Source: Deltaproteobacteria bacterium (lineage in GTDB: Bacteria > Myxococcota_A > Polyangia > Fen-1088). From it: DNA of 64,000 bases. Each line of letters begins with the position of its first letter. Positions within the stretch are counted from its first letter, which is position 1. Of the stretch, positions 31,692 to 43,132 are shown one piece after another. Below the pieces are notes generated by a model. That model was not told the DNA's origin. It ran no database searches and worked only from the letters and a program-made list of their open reading frames with translations. A program made the translations under genes and the position numbers. The stretch covers positions 192,001 through 256,000 of the forward strand of contig JANRKS010000006.1 of assembly GCA_033763315.1 (NCBI GenBank), read 5' to 3'.

Positions 31692-33848
31692 TTATGCGGG
31701 CTTTGTGAAACCGCGCAGACCTTGCGGCCGACGGCGCAGCGTGACGAGTGATTCAGCCAGGAGCAACGCCATGAGCGCCATGGCCACCCCATGCCATAGC
31801 GGCACCTTATGCTTGGGCCGCGTGGCCTGGCCGTCGCCCCTGGGCGTGCCCGCGTCGGCGGCGCGCGTGGCTGGGTTGGATTCCTGCGGATCGAGGTTGA
31901 CGACGAAGGTGCGGTTGGGATCTTCGGTGCGGTTGGCGTCGGCCGCCATCCCCGCGCGCACGTGGTACACGCCCGGCACCAATGTATCGGTGAAGGGCAC
32001 GTGCTGGCTATCCGCCTGGCCGCGCCGTCGGCTGAGCCACGTTCCGCCGCCGGGCTTGGTCACCTCAAGAGTGTCCTCGCCGCCTTGAAAGGCCAATTCG
32101 CGCGGCTCCCCCACAAGACGCTCGGCGCTGCGACCGCCCTCGGGCGCACCACCTAGGCGGCGGGTGACTTCGGTGATGAGCGGCAAGAAACCAGGGCGAA
32201 TCGCCAAATCAGTCCATTCGCGATCGACGGTGGTGGCGAGCAACATCGTGCGGCCAGATCGGCCCTTGGGGCCCGAGGTGGCAAGAATGCGTTCCACCAG
32301 CGCAGGCGCACCGCTTTCAAAACGCAAGATGACGTTGCGGCTGTCGTCGTCGGGCAGCGGTTCGAGCAACGTGTATTTGTAAAAACGCGCAGAAGCCAAA
32401 CCATCTTCTCCGGCCGGGAAACGGGTGAGCAAAGGGTGGCGCCGATCGAGCGGGGCCAAGTGTTCGGCGGGGCGCTCATCCACCATTTCACCCGATGTGG
32501 GGGCCCCTTGGGTGGCGGCCGTCCTCACAACGCCCAAGGGTTGGGGCAGCAAGCCGCCCAAGCGGCTGTTCCATGCGTCAGGATTCACATTGGCGCCCGT
32601 GGAGAACAAAACGCCTCCGCCACCGCTGACGAACTGTGAAAGCGCCCCCGCCAAGGCCGCAGATGGCTCTCCCACGTTGGCGACGAAGATCACCCCGAAC
32701 CTGCGCAAATCCGTCTCCGCCGCTTCATCAGGCAGCATTGTGGTGACGCTGATGCCTGATTCGGCGCTTTGCAGCGCTGATTCGAGGAAAAAGCCTTCGT
32801 CCTCATTGCGTGTGGTGCGTGCGTCGCCGTTGATGAACAACACGCGTAACGATTGCATCATCGAAAGCGAAGCGAAACGTTGATCATCGAGCGTAAAGTC
32901 ATCGGGATCGATCGACGCTTGCACCTCATGCAAACCCGCGCGCTCTTCGCCTAAGATGTGAACAAAGCGTTTGCGAACCTGCCCATTGGCCGGAATCTCG
33001 GCGAGGCCTTTGGCCACCACGGATCCATCGATCTTGAGTGACGTGGTGACGGACACAGCGGCCGCGCCCCAATTGGCCAACGAGGCCGTGATGGCCACGG
33101 CGTTGGCGCCCGCTTCGGGCAGCGGCACGGCTTCGATGTCCACCACCGCGCGGTTGCTCCAGGGCCTGCCCTTGGTAACGTCAAACACAGCCAGCTCAGG
33201 CGCGTTGTCGCCCACCGGCATGGTGACGTCGCCCCAACCAGCGGCTTGCCCGTCGGTTAACACATAGATCCGGCGTTCTTTGTGCAGGCCGCCAGTGAGG
33301 ATCGTGGTGGCGCGGCGAACGGCGCCGGTGAAATCTGCTGCTTTCGCCGTGGGCGTGACTTGATCGATCGCGTCCGCGACGCGCGATTTTTCGAGTGTGA
33401 GCTCTGCGATCGGAGCGGCGTTGCCGTGCGAGGCGAGCACCAATGCCACCGCAGAGCCGGTGGGCAACTGTCGGCTGATGGCCAGCGCTTGTTCACGCGC
33501 GCGTTCGAACGGAGTGCTGCGGCCAAGCGTGCGCTGCATTGACGCTGAATCATCCAGCACAAGCACCGCGCTTTGCGGGTGAAGGGCCATCGCCGGGGCG
33601 TTCGAATCACGTTCGACGAACGGCCGTGCGAACACGAGAGGCAACGCCGCTGCCAAGGCCGTCCGCAACAACAGCAGCAACAACTCGCGCAGCTTGTGGC
33701 GCGCGCGCACGCGGCGTTCGGCAGCCATCAGCAGCTCCATCGCTGCGAAGGGCTGCGGACGCGGCGGACGTCGGCCCAAGCGGTGGATGAGATACGGCAC
33801 AACGGCCGCAATCAATCCAAACAGCAGCGATGGTGCCAACACGCCCAT
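31692..33848 (-). CDS. BatA-domain / vWA membrane protein
   Basis: BatA N-terminal double TM (PYLIH...LLLLLR...ARP); MIDAS DDSASM...LTDG; CARDB-like and glutamine-amidotransferase-like segments; C-terminal TM. Confidence 0.85.
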   Translation of the reverse strand: MGVLAPSLLFGLIAAVVPYLIHRLGRRPPRPQPFAAMELLMAAERRVRARHKLRELLLLLLRTALAAALPLVFARPFVERDSNAPAMALHPQSAVLVLDDSASMQRTLGRSTPFERAREQALAISRQLPTGSAVALVLASHGNAAPIAELTLEKSRVADAIDQVTPTAKAADFTGAVRRATTILTGGLHKERRIYVLTDGQAAGWGDVTMPVGDNAPELAVFDVTKGRPWSNRAVVDIEAVPLPEAGANAVAITASLANWGAAAVSVTTSLKIDGSVVAKGLAEIPANGQVRKRFVHILGEERAGLHEVQASIDPDDFTLDDQRFASLSMMQSLRVLFINGDARTTRNEDEGFFLESALQSAESGISVTTMLPDEAAETDLRRFGVIFVANVGEPSAALAGALSQFVSGGGGVLFSTGANVNPDAWNSRLGGLLPQPLGVVRTAATQGAPTSGEMVDERPAEHLAPLDRRHPLLTRFPAGEDGLASARFYKYTLLEPLPDDDSRNVILRFESGAPALVERILATSGPKGRSGRTMLLATTVDREWTDLAIRPGFLPLITEVTRRLGGAPEGGRSAERLVGEPRELAFQGGEDTLEVTKPGGGTWLSRRRGQADSQHVPFTDTLVPGVYHVRAGMAADANRTEDPNRTFVVNLDPQESNPATRAADAGTPRGDGQATRPKHKVPLWHGVAMALMALLLAESLVTLRRRPQGLRGFTKPA

Positions 33849-33850
33849 GG

Positions 33851-34783
33851 CTAAAGCTTCGTCCTTCCGCGCCCGCCAATGAATGAACGCAGCACACCGC
33901 CCAAGGGCTCTTGCGTGGTGACCAAGCGGTACTCAATGCCCGCTTGCAAACATGTTTGCCGCCACCGCGCACGAAACGCCGCCGATTCTTCGGCAAACGA
34001 AGCGCGCAGATCGGCCGCGTCCACCACCACGTTGCGATCGTCGCCCGGTTCCATGCCCAAGAACTGTGTGACTTCATCGAAGGGCAATTCAATCTCGTCG
34101 GGATCCAGAATGTGGAACAGCACCACATCGTGCCCGCGCGCCGCCAGTTGCGACAAAGCCAAAGCGGTGGGCCCTGTGGCCGTTGCAGCGTTCCTCTGCG
34201 CTTCGCTGCCCGCCATATCCAGTAGATCAGAAAACACGATCACCAAGCTGCGCCGGTGCGCCAGATCGGCCACACGTTCGAGTGCGGCCGCTAGGTTGGT
34301 TTCGCCGCCTGGTTGCAGCGTATCCAGTGTGGCCAACACTTCGCGAATGTGTCCTCCGCGACCGCTGGGCGGCAAATACCGTCGCATCGTGCGGTCGTGG
34401 ATCATGAGGCCCGCGGGATCGCCTTGGCGTCCCAACAGATAGGCCAAGGCCGCGGTCACAAACCCTGCGTACATCAACTTCGTCACACCGTGGCGGCCGT
34501 AACCCATGGAGGCAGAGCCATCCACCACCAGCAACGTGCGCATCTCGGTTTCGTCTTCGAAGCGCTTGACGTAATAGCGATCTTGTCGCCCCACCACCTT
34601 CCAGTCGATGCGCCGGATCTCGTCGCCGGGCGCGTATTCCTTGTGCTCAGAGAACTCGGTGGCCGACCCCAGGCTGGGGTTGTGGTGCAAGCCCGCAAAC
34701 GCGCCTTCCACGATCACACGCGCCCGCAGCGCCATGGAAGACAGGCGCGCCAGCTCTGTGGGATCCAACGCGTTTATGGCCAC
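33851..34783 (-). CDS. DUF58 (vWA-like) MoxR partner protein
   Basis: EFSEHKEYAPGDEIRRIDWK, VKRFEDET, VDGSASM, FSD. Confidence 0.92.
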   Translation of the reverse strand: MAINALDPTELARLSSMALRARVIVEGAFAGLHHNPSLGSATEFSEHKEYAPGDEIRRIDWKVVGRQDRYYVKRFEDETEMRTLLVVDGSASMGYGRHGVTKLMYAGFVTAALAYLLGRQGDPAGLMIHDRTMRRYLPPSGRGGHIREVLATLDTLQPGGETNLAAALERVADLAHRRSLVIVFSDLLDMAGSEAQRNAATATGPTALALSQLAARGHDVVLFHILDPDEIELPFDEVTQFLGMEPGDDRNVVVDAADLRASFAEESAAFRARWRQTCLQAGIEYRLVTTQEPLGGVLRSFIGGRGRTKL

Positions 34784-34801
34784 GATGAAGACCGATGCGG
34801 G

Positions 34802-35983
<1,182 letters not shown>

Positions 35984-36138
35984 GGCGTCGAGGATGCCAC
36001 GCCGGGCTAGGGCTAGCAAAGGCATCGAGCGTTGCGCCTGCGAAAGAGCCGTTGCGTGACACGCGGCACGAATGTGACATTTCGCCCAACGCGACCGATC
36101 CAATGCAGTCGCGTCATGGTAACTGTGGGACCTGGGTC

Positions 36139-37674
36139 ATGAACCTTCGCAAGCTTTTTACGTGGACCGCGCGCCTCTTCAGCGCCGTGGCCCAGCTTTC
36201 GGGGTGGCCGCTGCGGTTGTTTGTGTTCGCGGCTCTGCTGGCGGTGCTGGTGCCCGTGTCGCTTCGTCGCCTGGTGGACGGTGATGAAGGATACCTGTTG
36301 ATGGGGGCGCGTCTCGTATCGGAAGGGCAGCGCCCCTACGCGGACTTCTTCTTTCCGCAGATGCCTGGGTTTGCTTACGTGTTTGGTGCGTGGTTCGCCT
36401 TGGCCGCGCGCAACTGGACGATGGCCCGCGATCTATGTGCTGCGGTTTGCGCCGCCACGGGCCTGTGTGTGTTTGAGCTTGTATGGCGAGGCACGCGTCG
36501 CCGTCGCTGGGCGCTGTTGGCTGCGGGGTTCTTTGTGGCGCATGCCTTCACTTTGGGTTGGTTGACGATTGCGAAGACATATGGCCTCACAGCGTTGTGC
36601 GTGGCCGCGGGCTGTGTGGCCTTTAGCCAGCCCCGCGCACGCTCGTGGCTGGGGCTCGCAGGCCTGTGTTTCGCTTTGGCGGCGCAAATGCGCCTTTATG
36701 CTGGGGTGCTCATACCCGTGGGCGGTGCCGTGCTGCTTGTGCAATTGTGGCGCGAGCGGCAGCTTAACCGAAACGCACTGGGCCTCGTGGGCACTTATGT
36801 GGCGGGCGCTCTGTTGGGCGCGTGTGTTCTTGTCCCGTCGCTTGTGGCCGATAAAGGCGCGTGGTGGTTTGGCACCGTGTTGTTCCATGGCATGCGAGAA
36901 GCGGGTCAAACGGAGCTTGTGGGAGACCTCACGCAAAAATGGGACACGTTGCGATCGTTGTTGCCACTGGCCCCTGAGCGGACGCCCGCGCAAATCCAGT
37001 TCGCCGTTGTGTTGTTTCCTGCCGCACTGGCACGCCTGCTGTGGATTGGGCAGCCTTTGCGCATCGTGGGCTTGGCGTGGATGGCTCTGTTTGCGGTGAG
37101 CCTGCTGCCCACGCCCACGCACGATCAATATTTTTCAGTGTTGCTACCGTTGTTGGTGGCGGACGCTTTGATCCTTCTATCGCGCGTGCCGTGGCGGTTT
37201 ACCTGGGTCGGTGGGGCGGTGTTGTTGTTTGTCTTTGCCCGCCTGGGCGCGGCTGAGTTGCAGCGCTACACAACCACGGGCCTTGATGTGCCGGGTGTGT
37301 GGACCACGGCTCGCGTGCCACGGTGGCATCTGCGCACCATGCGCAAGGTGGCGCGCGCGATTGATGATCAAGCGGCGGCCGAAGGGGCGTCGTGGTGGCC
37401 CGGGTATTTTGTTTCCACCCGCACGCCCATTGTGCGTAGCTTAGCCAACGACTTTGGCTTTCGCGTGGCGGATCGGATCGCACCCGAGCAAAAAGCCCGC
37501 TTCCACGTGGCCAGCCACGCCGACGTGGCCGCGATGATCGCCGCGCGCAAACCGCGTTTGTTTGTGCAAGGCAATTGGGCCGCAACGCCTCCCGCTGATC
37601 AGTTGCCTCGTGCCGGCTATGTGCAAACCGCCGCCATCGAAAACGTTCAGCTATGGTTGGCGCCGCCGCCTTAG
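36139..37674 (+). CDS. GT-C fold membrane glycosyltransferase (ArnT/PMT-like)
   Basis: DGDEGY acidic motif after first TM; G.RPY.DFF...P; ~10+ TMs; soluble C-terminal domain. Confidence 0.7.
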   Translation: MNLRKLFTWTARLFSAVAQLSGWPLRLFVFAALLAVLVPVSLRRLVDGDEGYLLMGARLVSEGQRPYADFFFPQMPGFAYVFGAWFALAARNWTMARDLCAAVCAATGLCVFELVWRGTRRRRWALLAAGFFVAHAFTLGWLTIAKTYGLTALCVAAGCVAFSQPRARSWLGLAGLCFALAAQMRLYAGVLIPVGGAVLLVQLWRERQLNRNALGLVGTYVAGALLGACVLVPSLVADKGAWWFGTVLFHGMREAGQTELVGDLTQKWDTLRSLLPLAPERTPAQIQFAVVLFPAALARLLWIGQPLRIVGLAWMALFAVSLLPTPTHDQYFSVLLPLLVADALILLSRVPWRFTWVGGAVLLFVFARLGAAELQRYTTTGLDVPGVWTTARVPRWHLRTMRKVARAIDDQAAAEGASWWPGYFVSTRTPIVRSLANDFGFRVADRIAPEQKARFHVASHADVAAMIAARKPRLFVQGNWAATPPADQLPRAGYVQTAAIENVQLWLAPPP

Positions 37675-37685
37675 CGTCACAAGCG

Positions 37686-39293
37686 TTACCGCTTGTCACA
37701 CGCGCGCCTTGCACGGTCACGCTTTTGCACATAGGCAGAGTCAGAGTTGGCTAGGCGTGCGTAAGTGTTGGCCAGGGCACAGTGTAGTTCTGGATCGAAG
37801 GGGTTATTCGCGAGTGAGGCTTCGAGAGCCATGCGGGCTTGGTTGGCGTCGCCTTTCTCAAGCCAGGCTTGCCCCGCGATAAGGTGCGGCCACGGTAGCT
37901 CAGGATAGATCGTGCGCAGCTCACCGAGCGCCGCCAAAGCTTTGTCGGGCTCTCGCAACGCCAGATACGTGCGTCCCAATTTAACGGGGAACAACCAATG
38001 CGCGGGGCCGGCCAATTTGGCGCCCTTGTCGTATTCGATCACGGCCGCCTTGGGGTGGTTGCGAAGCAAAAGCATGTTGCCTAAGCGCAAGAAGCCATCG
38101 GCTTGTCCAGCGCCCAACTCAGCGAGCGCTTCATCTTCGGTGGGCGGTCGTTTCGACGCCACCGCCGTCTTCTTGCGGAATTTCGGGGTGACCGGCTCCA
38201 GGTGCGCGTACGTTTTGAAGTTGCGGCTTTTCATAAAGGCGCGCCATTTGCGATCAAACGTGGGCCAATCCAACGCCAGCGCGCTGGCCACCGCTTGCCG
38301 CGCATCAATGCCTTGGCCAACCGCTGTCACCGCGGCTTTGACCGCGTTCATGCCGCCCTCATTGAACACGAATGCAATCGTCGTTGCCACCTCTGCAAAG
38401 GCGAGCGCGGCATCTTCGGCGCGTGGCAACTTCGCCATCGAGGGGTGCATCGCCTCGAAGCTGATCAATTTGTTTGCGGCCAACGCCTTGGCCAGCAGAT
38501 GTTCATTGCTTGGCGCCAGTGGCTCTCCAGGATCGCGGCGCCAGCGGCTTTCAAGAAATTTGGCCAGGCCTTCTTGCAACCACACCGGCGCCTGGTCTTT
38601 TGTGAGCGACGAGATCGCATAGTGCACGAACTCGTGCGAGAGCGTGTCCATCCAAGGATAACCAAAACGCAAAGCGCGCGGCGTGGTCACCATCAAACGC
38701 GCCCACTTGCACAAGGCGATGGTTCCCGTGCGTTCAACTTCTTCTTCAGTCAAAGGCGACACCGCCGCCAGATCTTCTGAGTTGCGATAAAGATCAACCG
38801 TCACGATGTAGTGCGGGTGAAAGCCCAGGTCGGCCTTCAGCGCTGCGGCCGCCGCCTCGAGGGTATCGAGCGCGTGATCAGCCAACACTTCGTCCTCGGG
38901 CGGGAAGCGCAGACGAAAATGTTTGGAACGACGTTCCACGTGGCCCTCGATGGCCTTCTCGGCGGCATTCGATAGCGCGAACAGCCCTTCGATGTTGCGG
39001 TGGCCAGGGAACAATTGACGAGCGGCGGACAGTTTGGCGATGGCGCCTTTGTATTCGCCCTGCAAAAACTGCTGGTAACCCTGCAGGTAAAGCACTTGTG
39101 GCGCACCGGGTGACATCTTGGCCAGCGAATCGAGGGTGCGATCCGCTTCCTCGAACTGCCAGGCATCAAACAACTCTTCAACGATCTGGCCCTCGGGGGA
39201 CAACAGCTCTGATTGTGCGGGCACCTCATTGCGTGCCGCTGGCGAGCGGTTCAAAGCCAAGGCCAACCATAGTGCCACATGCACGAGGCTCAT
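37686..39293 (-). CDS. Exported TPR protein with gluzincin (peptidase MA-like) domain
   Basis: Signal peptide; TPRs at both ends; TLSHEFVHYAI...PVWLQEGLA (HExxH...E). Confidence 0.8.
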   Translation of the reverse strand: MSLVHVALWLALALNRSPAARNEVPAQSELLSPEGQIVEELFDAWQFEEADRTLDSLAKMSPGAPQVLYLQGYQQFLQGEYKGAIAKLSAARQLFPGHRNIEGLFALSNAAEKAIEGHVERRSKHFRLRFPPEDEVLADHALDTLEAAAAALKADLGFHPHYIVTVDLYRNSEDLAAVSPLTEEEVERTGTIALCKWARLMVTTPRALRFGYPWMDTLSHEFVHYAISSLTKDQAPVWLQEGLAKFLESRWRRDPGEPLAPSNEHLLAKALAANKLISFEAMHPSMAKLPRAEDAALAFAEVATTIAFVFNEGGMNAVKAAVTAVGQGIDARQAVASALALDWPTFDRKWRAFMKSRNFKTYAHLEPVTPKFRKKTAVASKRPPTEDEALAELGAGQADGFLRLGNMLLLRNHPKAAVIEYDKGAKLAGPAHWLFPVKLGRTYLALREPDKALAALGELRTIYPELPWPHLIAGQAWLEKGDANQARMALEASLANNPFDPELHCALANTYARLANSDSAYVQKRDRARRACDKR

Positions 39294-42271
39294 TTGACCA
39301 ACTCCTCGTAGTAACGCCGGACGGCGTCGCGAAAGTTTTCGGGACCCTTTTCCTTCATCGCCTCCATTAGCTCTTGCCGCCACGCCCGCGGCGCCTTGGA
39401 ATCGTCGGCGCCGGGAATGCGCACGGGATCCGGATTGCGAGAGCCGCGTGCCATCTTCTCGCCTTTGAGGCCCTCGCGAATCTGCGCCAAGCGATCGGCG
39501 GCCGCTTGTTCTTTTATCAATGCGTCGCTGGTGTCGGACGACTGCAGATTCTGTTTGGCTTGGCCCATCTGGTTGGCTGCGTCTTCAAGCCCTTGCGCCG
39601 CCTGCTCGAACCCAGGGTTGCCGGCGCCATCGCGGGCCTCCTGCGCCAACTGGCGAGTACGCTCTGCGATCGATTGTTGGCGGGCGCCTTGCTGTTGGCT
39701 CTGCTGCCGTTGCGCTTCTGAGGCCACATCACGATCGCGCGGTGCCATGTCTTGCAACGCTTGGCTGATTTGCTGTGCCAGTTGTTCCGCCTCCGTCATC
39801 TTCTCGGCGAAGCGGCCCATGCTACCCGACGGGTCATCTTTGCGTGCGCGCTGCTTCGCCATTTTTGTTAACGGCGAAAGCGATTGCCCAAGCTCATCCA
39901 TCTGTTTGCGGGCCTCATCAACGTCATTGCGTTGCAGAAGATCTTGGGCGCTGCTGGCGCGGTCGCGCGCGCGGGCCTGGCTGTCTGACGCGTCTTCGCC
40001 GAGGCGCTTTGGCGTGGGCGTCTTGAGGCTGTCCTGCAGCGCGGACATCTGCGCTTTGACCTGCTTCATCTTCTCGGCCATCTGCTTGGCTTGCCGCTCT
40101 TGCAAGGACTTCTTGAGCTCTTCTGAAAGCTGCCGGGTGTCTTGCGCCAATTGGCGTTCGTCGCCTTCGAGCTCGGACATCTTTTTCGTCAACTCCGCCG
40201 TGGCGCGACTTTCCTTTGAGAACTTTTCCCCCGTGAATTCGTCGGCGTTTTGATTCAAGGCTTGTTTAAGCGACTGCAAAGAATCGCCAAGTTCAGCCAA
40301 CGCCTTGGCCAGCGAATCCGTGTCGCCTTTGGCCAGCAGATCTTCCAATGTTTGCGCTTTCGCCATCGCTTCGCGCGTGTCGGGCATGTTTTGCCACTCG
40401 CTGCCCACTTCGTTGCGCGACTTCACTTCGGCGATTTTCTGCGCCAAGTCGCTGATGCGTTTGCGCAACGCCTGCATCTCACGCTGCAGCTGCTCGCGCA
40501 GAGCTTCATCCTTGGTGTTCTGGTAGCGGCTCAATAGATCCGTGAGCTTCTGGTAGGCCTGGGTCAGTTGTTCCCCCAGCCCAGCCAAATCTTCTAAACG
40601 TTGGCGCCCGATCAAGTCGTCAAGCACCAGCACCACGTCTTCGAGCATCTTCACGTGCGTGGGGGCCAAGTGTCGCAACGGCGCCAGATCGCTTGCCGCG
40701 AGACGTCCCTCTTGCGCTTTGGGTTTGGCGTGTCGAAGCGCCGCGTTCTCGGTCTTCAATTCCTTGTTCAAGCGATCAGCAATGTTCGACAACGCTTGCA
40801 GCAAGCTCTTGCTTGCGCCGCCATCGCGTTTTTGTTCATCCACAAGCCCGGCAAGTAAGGCCACCTGCGCCGCTTCTTCGTCGTGGGCGGCCTGCCAAAC
40901 GGTGAACTCGTCGTTCAACGGCGTTTCACCCAACGGGCGGCTGCCCGCTTCCAACCGATCGGCCAACACGCCCAACAAACGCTCCTGCACGAACTTTTGT
41001 TGTTCAAGACTCTCGTCGGTGTTTTCGCGTGGGCGTTCAAGCACAAGGTAGAGCGTGCGCGAAACGCCCGTCTTAGGCCCTGAAACCGTGTCGGTGTCTT
41101 TCGCCTCAATCCAGTAAGCGATCTGAACGCCGGGCACCAGTGATTCGCCCGAGGGATCCCACATGGTGTTGCCTTGGGCTTGCCGTTTGCCACTCGGGGT
41201 CGCAAGCGACACGCGCTTTTCAGGGGCGTTGCCCACCCGAAAAACCAAATTCACGTTGCCAAGGCCGAAGTCATCATTGGCGGCGTAACCCACCTCGATG
41301 GGCCGCGGGCTCGCAAGCTCAAGCCGTTCCGACGCGGCTTTGATCTCGACCGTGGGTGGCAAGTCGGTGGCCGCCTCCACGCGGTGGCCACGCCGTTCGC
41401 GCACGGGGCGACCCAGCAGGGGCGCCAACCAGATGCGGTACCGCGCGGTCTCGTTGATCACAAAGCTGGTTCGAATCGTGGTGCCGCTGACCGTGCCCTC
41501 GATCTGTTGGCCTTCGCCTTGATCGCCGAAGAATAAGATCGCGCGCCGTGCGCGTCGAAGGGCGTGCATTTCAAGATCCACGCGCGTGCCCTTTATGGCT
41601 TGCGCATCGCCCGTTGCGCCTTCCACCGTGCGCGGGGGCAACCCCGTATAAGCGGGGTAGGTGTAGACCAACTTCACATCGCCCACGAGCGGTTCGTCCG
41701 AGACGGCCGCGCCCTCGTATAAGGTGGGCGTTCGCACCAGCAGGCCCAGTCCGCGTCGCAACGTGTTGGGCGCCAAAAAGGTCAGGGCCGCCAACAAAAC
41801 CGCCACACCCCCGGCGAGTGACGCGGCGCGCGTCGCGGACCGCCCCGGTACCACTTGTCGCACATCCAGGGTTGACACCGCACCGCCCACTTGGCCACGC
41901 AAGGCCGCCACCAGCTCGGGGCTGGTGCCCGGTGCCGGCGCCGCCGTCAATTGCACGGCTGACAACAGATCGCTGGCCAAAGGTGGGTGAACCGCGCCTA
42001 CAAGCCTCGCCACCGCGGTGTCAGTTTTTAAACGGCGCCACGGCCGCAAACCCCCAAAAAACGCGGCTGTGAGTGTGCCAACCAGCAACACTGTGGCGGT
42101 GGCCACGGGCCAATAGGCGGCGGGGCCCGTGTGAACCGCCAGCCAAGCCATCAAGAACAACAGCGCCGCGGTGCCCATGGCCGCCAGGGCAAAAACGCGC
42201 ACGGCGAACAGGGCGCGGGCACGTTTTCGAGCGTGGGCCAGGAACAGGCCGATTCCATCGCGTGGGACCAT
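39290..42271 (-). CDS. DUF4175 family membrane-anchored coiled-coil protein
   Basis: N-terminal TMs; YPAYTGLP; DDFGL; Y.IEAKD.D..SGPK; long Q/E/A-rich coiled coil; C-terminal WRQELMEAM...YYEEL. Confidence 0.8.
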   Translation of the reverse strand: MVPRDGIGLFLAHARKRARALFAVRVFALAAMGTAALLFLMAWLAVHTGPAAYWPVATATVLLVGTLTAAFFGGLRPWRRLKTDTAVARLVGAVHPPLASDLLSAVQLTAAPAPGTSPELVAALRGQVGGAVSTLDVRQVVPGRSATRAASLAGGVAVLLAALTFLAPNTLRRGLGLLVRTPTLYEGAAVSDEPLVGDVKLVYTYPAYTGLPPRTVEGATGDAQAIKGTRVDLEMHALRRARRAILFFGDQGEGQQIEGTVSGTTIRTSFVINETARYRIWLAPLLGRPVRERRGHRVEAATDLPPTVEIKAASERLELASPRPIEVGYAANDDFGLGNVNLVFRVGNAPEKRVSLATPSGKRQAQGNTMWDPSGESLVPGVQIAYWIEAKDTDTVSGPKTGVSRTLYLVLERPRENTDESLEQQKFVQERLLGVLADRLEAGSRPLGETPLNDEFTVWQAAHDEEAAQVALLAGLVDEQKRDGGASKSLLQALSNIADRLNKELKTENAALRHAKPKAQEGRLAASDLAPLRHLAPTHVKMLEDVVLVLDDLIGRQRLEDLAGLGEQLTQAYQKLTDLLSRYQNTKDEALREQLQREMQALRKRISDLAQKIAEVKSRNEVGSEWQNMPDTREAMAKAQTLEDLLAKGDTDSLAKALAELGDSLQSLKQALNQNADEFTGEKFSKESRATAELTKKMSELEGDERQLAQDTRQLSEELKKSLQERQAKQMAEKMKQVKAQMSALQDSLKTPTPKRLGEDASDSQARARDRASSAQDLLQRNDVDEARKQMDELGQSLSPLTKMAKQRARKDDPSGSMGRFAEKMTEAEQLAQQISQALQDMAPRDRDVASEAQRQQSQQQGARQQSIAERTRQLAQEARDGAGNPGFEQAAQGLEDAANQMGQAKQNLQSSDTSDALIKEQAAADRLAQIREGLKGEKMARGSRNPDPVRIPGADDSKAPRAWRQELMEAMKEKGPENFRDAVRRYYEELVK

Positions 42272-42373
42272 GTATGCACTCGCAAATATACGCGGGTTTT
42301 GGCGGTGTGCCGTGCCCTTGTTGCGCAGGGCCCTACATCAGTGCACGGGCCGCTGCAGGTGTGGTGTGGGACT

Positions 42374-42389
42374 CGGCACGCGCCGTGCA
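42374..42389 (+). promoter_or_regulatory. Candidate sigma-54 promoter upstream of ECF sigma gene
   Basis: CGGCACGCGCCGTGCA: GG-N10-GC, two mismatches to TGGCACG-N4-TTGCA. Confidence 0.4.
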
Positions 42390-42401
42390 ATTACCCCGTG
42401 C

Positions 42402-43034
42402 ATGACTTCACAACCTACTGTTCATAACGAAGATTCTGACTGTTTAATTCCTGACAGCGTTGATGATCTGGTGGTCCGCGCACAAAAAGGTGATCGCCGT
42501 GCGCTTGGTCGATTGCTCGGCGAAGCGCGTCCGCGTGCAATGGCGGTGGCAATGAAAGTGTTGCGCAACCCTTCAGACGCCGAAGATGCCGTGCAAGATG
42601 CACTCACGAAGATCTGGCGCTATTTGCCGCGATTTGAAGGGCGTGCGTCGTTCTTCACATGGATCCATCGCATCGTGATGAACAGCAGCTTGGATCTGCT
42701 TCGTCGCGAAAAGGTGCGCAGCGAAGTGCGCGATGAAAACGAAGACGTCGACGCTGTATACGGCATCGAGCCCGCACACGAACAAACGCCGGAAGCAGCG
42801 CTTGTCACCAAGCAAACGGGTGAAGTGGTTCGCAAAGCGATGCAAGTGCTGTCGCCTGTGCATGTGGAGGCTTTGGTGTTGCGCGAGTTCGAAGAGAATT
42901 CTTATGAAGAGATCGCTGTGCTTTCGGCATGCCCCATCGGCACGGTGATGAGCCGTTTGCACCACGCGCGCCGGCGCTTGGCCACCGAGCTATCAGAATC
43001 ATTTCCTGCCGCCGCTTGGGCCCAGGCCGCTTAA
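42402..43034 (+). CDS. ECF sigma factor (RpoE-like)
   Basis: DAEDAVQDA, SFFTWIHRI (region 2); SYEEIA...PIGTVMSRLHHAR (region 4); start uncertain. Confidence 0.92.
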   Translation: MTSQPTVHNEDSDCLIPDSVDDLVVRAQKGDRRALGRLLGEARPRAMAVAMKVLRNPSDAEDAVQDALTKIWRYLPRFEGRASFFTWIHRIVMNSSLDLLRREKVRSEVRDENEDVDAVYGIEPAHEQTPEAALVTKQTGEVVRKAMQVLSPVHVEALVLREFEENSYEEIAVLSACPIGTVMSRLHHARRRLATELSESFPAAAWAQAA

Positions 43035-43132
43035 ACACAACCGTCCTCGTCGCTTTTTTCGGTTTTTCCGCTGTTGCAAGCCTTCCGTAGATTGCCTGTG
43101 GCGCGAGACTCGCGCATAAAATCGCAGAACAC